Source of the DNA: Nitrosopumilus sp.
Lineage (GTDB): Archaea > Thermoproteota > Nitrososphaeria > Nitrososphaerales > Nitrosopumilaceae
Length of the DNA: 64,000 bases
Direction: 5' to 3'
NCBI GenBank assembly: GCA_965206745.1
Contig: OZ242220.1
Span: 1,440,001 to 1,504,000, forward strand
Part shown: positions 54,601 to 63,600 of the stretch, piece after piece
Position numbering within the stretch: position 1 is the stretch's first letter
How the letters are laid out: each line of letters begins with the position of its first letter
Program-made: the position numbers and the translations under genes
Notes under the pieces: model-generated
Told to the model about the DNA's origin: nothing
What the model saw: only the letters and a program-made list of their open reading frames with translations
Databases searched by the model: none

Positions 54601-57600
54601 TATGGGGAATAGCGTATCGTCGGGATCATTAATTGCACCTGAGAGGGAACGTAGTACTGAGTCTCCCTCGCGGACTTGCTCACTGTACGGTGTGTCAGAT
54701 AGGGACGGTGGTGCGTTTGTCTCTGCCACATCAAATGCGATGGTATAGGTGGCTACCTTCTCTCCGGGATCAGTCAGGGTGATTATAAAGTGGACTGTGC
54801 TGCTGCCGTGGGATTCACCTGGTGTCCACGTGAATATGCCATCTTGATCAATCACTGCATTGTTGGTTGCATTTGCCTGTACAGTCCACTCCGGCTCATC
54901 ATCACCTGTATCAGTGTCAGGATCCATGCCCTCAAAGTCAACTGATACCAATTCTCCCTCATCAGGTGTATCATCAACAGCACCTGAAGGACCGTCTATC
55001 ACAGGTGCTCTGTTATAGTTGGTTACAGTGATTGTGCCAGCCCGGACAGGTTCTGGTGTATTGACGCCGTCATCATATGTCCATTGGATGGTGTAGACTC
55101 TGGTAGGGTCTGCATAGGTTGCAGTGTCAAATGGGAATGATGCATCAAATGCGCCAGTTGTCTCATCAAAGGAGCCGCTGACGACAGCAGGTAGTGGAGG
55201 GTCGCTTGATTCTAACGTGTATACGGGGGTGCCAGTTGTCGAATCCTCTACAGGGTCACTTACCGCACTTGAGAGTGGCGGAATTCTGCCGCCTTCAGAT
55301 ACTCCGGCATTATATTCAGATAGGTCTGGTATCTCGTCTATTGTTGGTGTGAGTTCCGTCTCAGATACGGTAAATTCAATCTCTTCAGTGGCTCTTGCGC
55401 CTATAGGATCAGTGAGGGTGATGTTAAATGAGACAGTGTCTCCATCGCCATACTGACCGCCTGGAATCCACAAAAAGTCACCGGTGGCAGGATTGATAAT
55501 TGCGCCGTCATTGTTTGGAGATATGCCCCATATTGGTGCAGCCTCGCCTGTAGTGTCATCAGTATCAGGATCCATACCCTCAAAGTCATATGATACTGCT
55601 TGGAATTGGGCAGGTGTATTGTTGATACCGTTCGGAGGTGTGATTACAGGCTCTCGGTTGTCGTTGTTTACTGTCAGTATGGCAAACATTTGAGGCGGTG
55701 ATGGGTTGGTGTCATCTGTATACGTCCATGTAATGTTATAGTTTACAAAGCCTGGATCAGAGTCTGCAGTGTCAAATGGGAACGTGTCTGAAAAGTCACC
55801 GGTTGCACTATCAATGGTGATACCAGGCAGTGGAGGGTCACTTGATACAAATGTATAACTGATGGTACCGTCTGGAGAATCTTCGGCAGGGTCGCTGACT
55901 ACGATGGAGAGTGACGGTACATCCTGTCCTTCAAGGATTGACTGTGAGTATTGGACAATTCGGGGCGGATCACTTTCTGGCGTGTTTGGAGTGTCAGTTA
56001 TGACAAATGGGACAGTCCTTGTGACCTGCTCATCTGCAGCATCAGTTAAGGTGAATATAACATCTACTGTGCCGGCGTGGGACTCGCCTGGAATCCACAG
56101 GAATGTGCCGTTTTCTGGATGAATCGTTGCATCGACAGTAGCATCAGCAGAGGATACGCTCCACCTTGGCAGAGGATCGTTTGTGTCCTCATCAGAGCCG
56201 CTGGCAATAAATGATATTATTTCAAACTCAGAGTATGTCCTGGGGCCCGGAATCAGGTCAATTGTAGGTGCTCGGTTCTCGTTCTCTACAGTCAGGATGC
56301 CGTGCTGTACAGGAGAGGTTACAGAGTTGTATGTAAGGGTCCACTCAAACTCGTAGGTTGCAGGATCCTCTAGGGCAGATACCGTATCGTATGGAATGAC
56401 ATTTCTAAATGCGCCGGTGTTAGTATTCAGGAGATCTTTGAGGGATTCAGGCAGGGTGCCTTCTCCGATGTCGTAGACTAGTGTGGCGCCTGGTGGAATT
56501 GTATCGGGGTCAACTGCATCAGACAGTGAAGGAATCACGCTATTCTCTGCTACTCTTTCTGTGTAGGAGGTAAATGTCGGTACTACACTTTCAGGCACAG
56601 TTGGAACGTCAGTTACATGTATGGTACTAGTCTGTATTAGAGATTCAGTTGGACCGTCACTGTATCTCCACATGAACGTGAAAGGTTCTGGCGAGTCTTC
56701 GGCAGTTGTCGCATCATGGGATACGGTTCCTACAAATGATCCATCAGGGTTTAGATCTATTCCAAGTGGCAGTTCGCCAGATTCGTGGGTATATGTTATG
56801 GGAGATGTCGGATCGCCTGGATCATCAACTGCATCTGAGAGCGGAAAGTCAATTGTTTGTCCCTCGTTGACGCTAGCAGCGTATCCATTGGTAACTGTAC
56901 CGGGTAATCCGATTATCTCTGCCACATCAAATGTGATGATACGAGTGACTACTTTCTTTCCGGGATCAGTCAGGACGAATGTGAATTCGACTGTGCTACC
57001 ACCGTGAGTATGATCAGTAGGCCACGTGAATGCGCCATTTATCCTATCAATGACTGCATTGTTGGTTGCATTTGCCTGTACGGTCCACTCTGGAGGATCA
57101 TCGCCTGCAACAGTGGCAGTACGGGTATCAGGATCAGAGCCAAACAGGGTAAAGAATACTGTTTGACCCTCCGAAGGGTTTCTGTCAATACCAGAAGTGC
57201 CGTCTATCACAGGTGCTCTGTTATAGTTGGTTACAGTGATTGTGCCAGCCCGGACAGGTTCTGGTGTATTGACGCCGTCATCATATGTCCATTGGATGGT
57301 GTAGACTCTGGTAGGGTCTGCATAGGTTGCAGTGTCAAATGGGAATGATGCATCAAATGCGCCAGTTGTCTCATCAAAGGAGCCGCTGACGACAGCAGGT
57401 AGTGGAGGGTCGCTTGATTCTAACGTGTATACGATGGTGCCAGATGACGATTCCACAGGGTCACTTACCGCACTTGAGAGTGGCGGAATTCTGCCGCCTT
57501 CAGATACTCCGGCATTATATTCAGATAGGTCTGGTATCTCGTCTATTGTTGGTGTGAGTTCCGTCTCAGATACGGTAAATTCAATCTCTTCAGTGGCTCT

Positions 57601-60600
57601 TGCGCCTATAGGATCAGTGAGGGTGATGTTAAATGAGACAGTGTCTCCATCGCCATACTGACCGCCTGGAATCCACAAAAAGTCACCGGTGGCAGGATTG
57701 ATAATTGCGCCGTCATTGTTTGGAGATATGCCCCATATTGGTGCAGCCTCGCCTGTAGTGTCATCAGTATCAGGATCCATACCCTCAAAGTCATATGATA
57801 CTGCTTGGAATTGGGCAGGTGTATTGTTGATACCGTTCGGAGGTGTGATTACAGGCTCTCGGTTGTCGTTGTTTACTGTCAGTATGGCAAACATTTGAGG
57901 CGGTGATGGGTTGGTGTCATCTGTATACGTCCATGTAATGTTATAGTTTACAAAGCCTGGATCAGAGTCTGCAGTGTCAAATGGGAACGTGTCTGAAAAG
58001 TCACCGGTTGCACTATCAATGGTGATACCAGGCAGTGGAGGGTCACTTGATACAAATGTATAACTGATGGTACCGTCTGGAGAATCTTCGGCAGGGTCGC
58101 TGACTACGATGGAGAGTGACGGTACATCCTGTCCTTCAAGGATTGACTGTGAGTATTGGACAATTCGGGGCGGATCACTTTCTGGCGTGTTTGGAGTGTC
58201 AGTTATGACAAATGGGACAGTCCTTGTGACCTGCTCATCTGCAGCATCAGTTAAGGTGAATATAACATCTACTGTGCCGGCGTGGGACTCGCCTGGAATC
58301 CACAGGAATGTGCCGTTTTCTGGATGAATCGTTGCATCGACAGTAGCATCAGCAGAGGATACGCTCCACCTTGGCAGAGGATCGTTTGTGTCCTCATCAG
58401 AGCCGCTGGCAATAAATGATATTATTTCAAACTCAGAGTATGTCCTGGGGCCCGGAATCAGGTCAATTGTAGGTGCTCGGTTCTCGTTCTCTACAGTCAG
58501 GATGCCGTGCTGTACAGGAGAGGTTACAGAGTTGTATGTAAGGGTCCACTCAAACTCGTAGGTTGCAGGATCCTCCAAGGCAGATACCGTATCGTATGGA
58601 ATGACATTTCTAAATGCGCCGGTGTTAGTATTCAGGAGATCTTTGAGGGATTCAGGCAGGGTGCCTTCTCCGATGTCGTAGACTAGTGTGGCGCCTGGTG
58701 GAATTGTATCGGGGTCAACTGCATCAGACAGTGAAGGAATCACGCTATTCTCTGCTACTCTTTCTGTGTAGGAGGTAAATGTCGGTTCGACACTTTGAGG
58801 CGGCTCGGTTCTCTCCTGCACGTCAACTGTGATGATTCGGTCATCCTTGTCCCCTGCAGGATCAGTGAGGGTGAGCTTGAATGAGGCCGTGGTACTGGCA
58901 TGAGTGTCATCAGGGGTCCACGTGAATAGACCGCTTGTCCTGCCAATCTCTGCACCGTCATCATTTGGAGATATGCTCCATGTTGGGGCAGCCTCGCCTG
59001 TAGCAGAATCAGTATCGGGATCATCGCCTGTCATGGTAAATTGCAGGGTATCTCCAGGACTAGGTGAGACAAACGAGGGTGTTGCACCTATCACGGGCTC
59101 TCGGTTGTCGTTGTTTACTCGCAACGAGCCGAATTGTTCCTCTGGTACTGCACCACTGCCGTCTGTATACATCCATGTTATCTCATATCGTATAAAGCCA
59201 GGATCAGAGTCTGTGGTGTTAAATGGGAATGATCCGTCAAAGTCACCGGTGTTCTCATCAAAGTCGACGTCATCAGGCAGGTCCGGGCTGATGTCTAACA
59301 ATTCATAACGGATGGCACCGTCTGGCGGAACCTCTACGGGATCTCGGACCAGTTCTGAGAGACTGGGAATTGGACTGCCTTCCAATACTCCCCTCACGTA
59401 ACGGAATATGGCAGGTTCCTCATTTACGTCTGGCGTGTCATCAACATTAGTTATGGTAAAGTCAAGCGGTACATCGTCTTTGTCACCTACAGGATCAGTG
59501 AGGGTGACGTTAAATGAGACTGTGTCTCCCTCGTCATACTGGTCACCCACAATCCACGTGAATGCCCCACTGGTGGAATTGATGTATGCACCGTCATCAT
59601 TTGGAGATATGCTCCATGTTGGGGGATCATCACCTGTATCAGTATCTTCATCCATACCCTCAAAGTCAAATGATACTGTTTGGAGTTCTGTAGGGTTTTC
59701 GTTGAAGCCGGTTCGAGTTGTAATTACAGGTGCCCGGTTGTCGTTGTTTACTGTCAGTATGGCAAACTGTTCATCTGATGTACCAGTGCCGTCTGTATAC
59801 GTCCATGTAATGTTATAGGTTACAAAGCCCGGATCAGAGTTTACAGTGTCAAATGGGAACGTGGCTGAAAAGTCACCGGTTGCCCCAATGGCGACAGGCA
59901 GTGGAGGGTCACTTGATACAAATGTATAACTGATGGCACCGACTGTCCCATCCTCGGCAGGGTCGCTGACTGCGATGGAGAGTGACGGGACATCCTGTCC
60001 TTCAAGTACAGTCTGTGAGTATGAGACAATTCGGGGCGGATCGTCACCTGACGTGTTTGGAGTGTCAATTATGTTAAATATGACAGTCTCTGTGTCCAGC
60101 TCACCTGCAGCATCAGTCAAGTTAAATGTAAACAGGATTGTGCTGCCGCCGCGAGACTCATCTGGAATCCACAGGAATGCCCCATTCTCCAGATGAATCT
60201 CTGCATCAGTGGAGACGGTGGCATTGTCCGATACACTCCACCTTGGCAGAGGATCGTTTGTGTCCTCATCAAAGCCTCGCACGGTAAATGATATTATTTC
60301 AAACTCAGAGTATGTCCTGGGGCCCGGAATCGGATCAACTGTTGGCAGTCTGTTGTTGTTCTCTACAGTTATGGTACTGTACTGCATCGGCGATGTTCCG
60401 GTGCCGTCCTCAAATGTCCACTCAATCTCGTAGGTTACAGAACCCTCCAGGGCAGATACCGTATCAAATGGGAACGTGGCTGAAAAGTCACCGGTTGCCG
60501 TATCAAAGGATCCTCTGATGTCATCAGGCAGGTTGTGTGATGTGATATTATATGTGGATACAAGGTCTGCCTCTGCTTCCTCAGGGTTGGTGACTGCATC

Positions 60601-63600
60601 AGATAGTGAAGGGATTGGCGCATCCTCCTGTATCCTTTCTGTATAGGAGGCAAATGTCGGCACATTGTTTGGATCTACTGTAAACGTGTGGATTGCAGTG
60701 GCAGGGATACCTTCCTCATCAGTTATGCTGAATGTGAATTCGACTCCAGTACCGCCATGCACATCACGTGGAGTCCACGAGAATACACCACTCTGAGAAA
60801 TTGTTGCATCTGTATTGGCATCAGAGTCATTAGAGGATACGCTCCATGTTGGCGGGTCGTCATTGGTGTCATCATCCCCGCCTAGCAGGGCAACTGGTAC
60901 ATTTTGACCGACAAAAATCAGTTCAGGTGTACCATCTGGAACCTGGATGGTTGGGAGCTGGTTGAGGTTCGTTACGTTTAGTGTACCAGGCTGATTCGGT
61001 GATGTTGTTCCAGAGCCGTCAGTGAAGGTCCACGCAAACGTAAAGAATTGGAATTCTTGCTCAAATGATACGGTATCAAATGGAATGACAGGACTAAACG
61101 CGCCAGTGTTTTCATTCAGAGTAACTGCAACCATACTCAGATTGCCAATTCCATCTACGATGGCATATCTGGGAGGGGTCTCTGAGGATTCATCAAGGTT
61201 GTTGACGAAATCAGAGAGGGGAGGAACGGCATCACCTTCTGGCACTGTCTCGGCATACATATCAAATGGGGATGTCACAGCATTGACTGTCAGGGTGTAG
61301 GTACCTGAAGCAGTATCTACAGTGTTTGTTGCATCGTATTCTATTGTAAATTGCCGCGATAATTCTCCGTCAGGTACGACATTATCACTTATAGTACCAG
61401 TTATGGCACAGTTCATCTCATCAAATATGAGATCGTCAGGCAGGTTCCTGGGGTCGGTGATGGTACAGGTTACGCCGCCTGGGGTTATGATTGTGCCGTC
61501 TGGGGTTGTGATTGTGCCGTCTGGGGTTATGATTGTGCCGCCTGGGGTTATGATTGTGCCGTCTGGGGTTATGATTGTGCCGTCTGGGATTGTGATTGTG
61601 CCGAATTGGGTTGTGATTGTGCCGAATTGGGTTGTGATTGTGCCGTCTGGGGTGACGGATACGCCGCCTAGGGTTATGATTGTGCCCTCTGTGGTTATGA
61701 TTGTGCCGCCTGGGGTTATTCTTATGCCGTCTGGGGTTATGATTGTGCCGTCTGGGATTGTGATTGTGCCGGCTAGGGTTATTCTTGTGCCGTCTGGGGT
61801 TGTGATTGTGCCGTCTGGGGTTATGATTGTGCCGTCTGGGGTTCTGATTGTGCTGCCTGGGGTTGTGATTGTGCCGCCTGGGGTTATGATTGTGCCGCCT
61901 GGGGTTGTGATTGTGCCGTCTGGGGTTGTGATTGTGCCGTCTGGGGTTGTGATTGTGCCGTCTGGGGTTGTGATTGTGCCGTCTGGGCCCGTAGCTCCAA
62001 GTGGGATGTCTACTGTCTCACCTTCTCTGTGAGTTGAGGAGCCGTCAGGTGCAACAACTATTTGAACGTCAGTTACCGTTATGGTACCGGTCTGGGAAAT
62101 AGATTCGACATCATCAGTGTATCTCCACATGAACTCGAAAGGTTCTGGCGAGTCTCCGGCAGTTGTGGCATCATGTGATACGGTTCCTTCAAATGTTCCA
62201 TCAGGGTTCAGCGTTATTCCGTCTGGCAGTGGTTGGCCAAGTACGCGGGCATATGTTATCTCAGATGGCGGATCGTCGGGATCATCAACTACATCTGCAA
62301 GGGAGGTGGGTATTGAGTCTCCCTCGTTGACATCAACGGTATATGGAGTGGCAGGTATGGGCGCCTGCGTGTTTGTCTCTGCGACCTCAAATAGGACGGT
62401 CCTAGTGTCCAGGTCTCCGGGAGGATCAGTGTAGGTGATTGTGAATGCGACTGTACTGCCGCCGTGGGATTCATCGGGTGTCCACGTGAATATTCCGTTG
62501 ACTGGGTTGATTGTCGCATCGGTGGTGGCATTGGCCTGTACTGCCCATACGGGATCTGCATCGGTGACGTCGTCATCCGTACCGTTAAAGTTAATCCTCA
62601 TTGCTTGGTGCTCTAAAGGTGTCGTGTCAATGACATCCAAATAGTCATCAGATATCATTGGACGCTGGTTGTAGTTGGTTACTGTGATTGTACCATCCTG
62701 AGTTAGAGATTCGCCTCTAGTACTGCCATCCTCATATGTCCATTGGATGTCATAGGTTCGGGTAGGCTCCCGATGGCTTGCAGTGGTAAATGGGAACGGA
62801 TCATCAAATGCGCCAGTTGTCTGGTCAAAGGAGCCTCTGACGTCATCAGGCAGGTTGCTTGATACGATTCTATATACAATGTCATCATCCGTAGAAGTCT
62901 CTGCAGGGTCACTTATTGCACTTGAGAGGGACGGAATCCTTTGGCCTTCTGGTATTCCGACATTGTAATCAAACGTATCATATTCGTCGTTTGTTGGTGT
63001 GAGTGCCGTCTCAGATACGACAAAGTCAATCTTTTCAGTGTCCCTTGCGCCTGCAGGATCAGTGAGGGTGACGTTAAATGAGACAGCTCCAATGTGCTCC
63101 TGGCCTGGAATCCACAGGAATTCACCGGTGGCAGGATCAATAATTGCGCCGTCATCATTTGGAGATATGCCCCATATTGGTGCAGCCTCGCCTGTAGTGT
63201 CATCAGTATCTTCATCCATACCCTCAAAGGTAAATTCTACTGCTTGGAATTGGGCAGGTGTATCGGCGATACCGTTCGGAGTTGTGATTACAGGTGCTCG
63301 GTTGAAGTTGTTTACTGTAATTGTGTCAGTCTGCTCATATGGTGATTCATCACTGCCGTCTGTATACGTCCATGTAATGTCATATTGTACAAAGCCAGGA
63401 TCAGAGCCTGTGGTGTTGAATGGGAACGTGGCTGAAAAGTCACCGGTTGCTGGAACAAAGGATTCTGCAATGTCTTCAGGCAGGGTGGTGCCGCTTGGTA
63501 CCAATGCATAACTGATGGCACCAACTACCGAATCCTCGGCAGGATCACTGACTGTGATGGAGAGTGACGGGACATCCTGTCCTTCAAGGATTGACTGTGA

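Noticed and set aside
47577-61482. Diversity-generating retroelement (TR/VR pair)
   Set aside because: No reverse transcriptase in the window, and the few differences between copies are not A-specific and include an indel
61481-61986. CRISPR array
   Set aside because: The units are head-to-tail 21-mers with no unique spacers, in frame within a CDS, and there are no cas genes
63502-63504. ORF-track start of the 6947-aa protein
   Set aside because: It is an internal TTG; the frame stays open to 63999 and there is no signal peptide here
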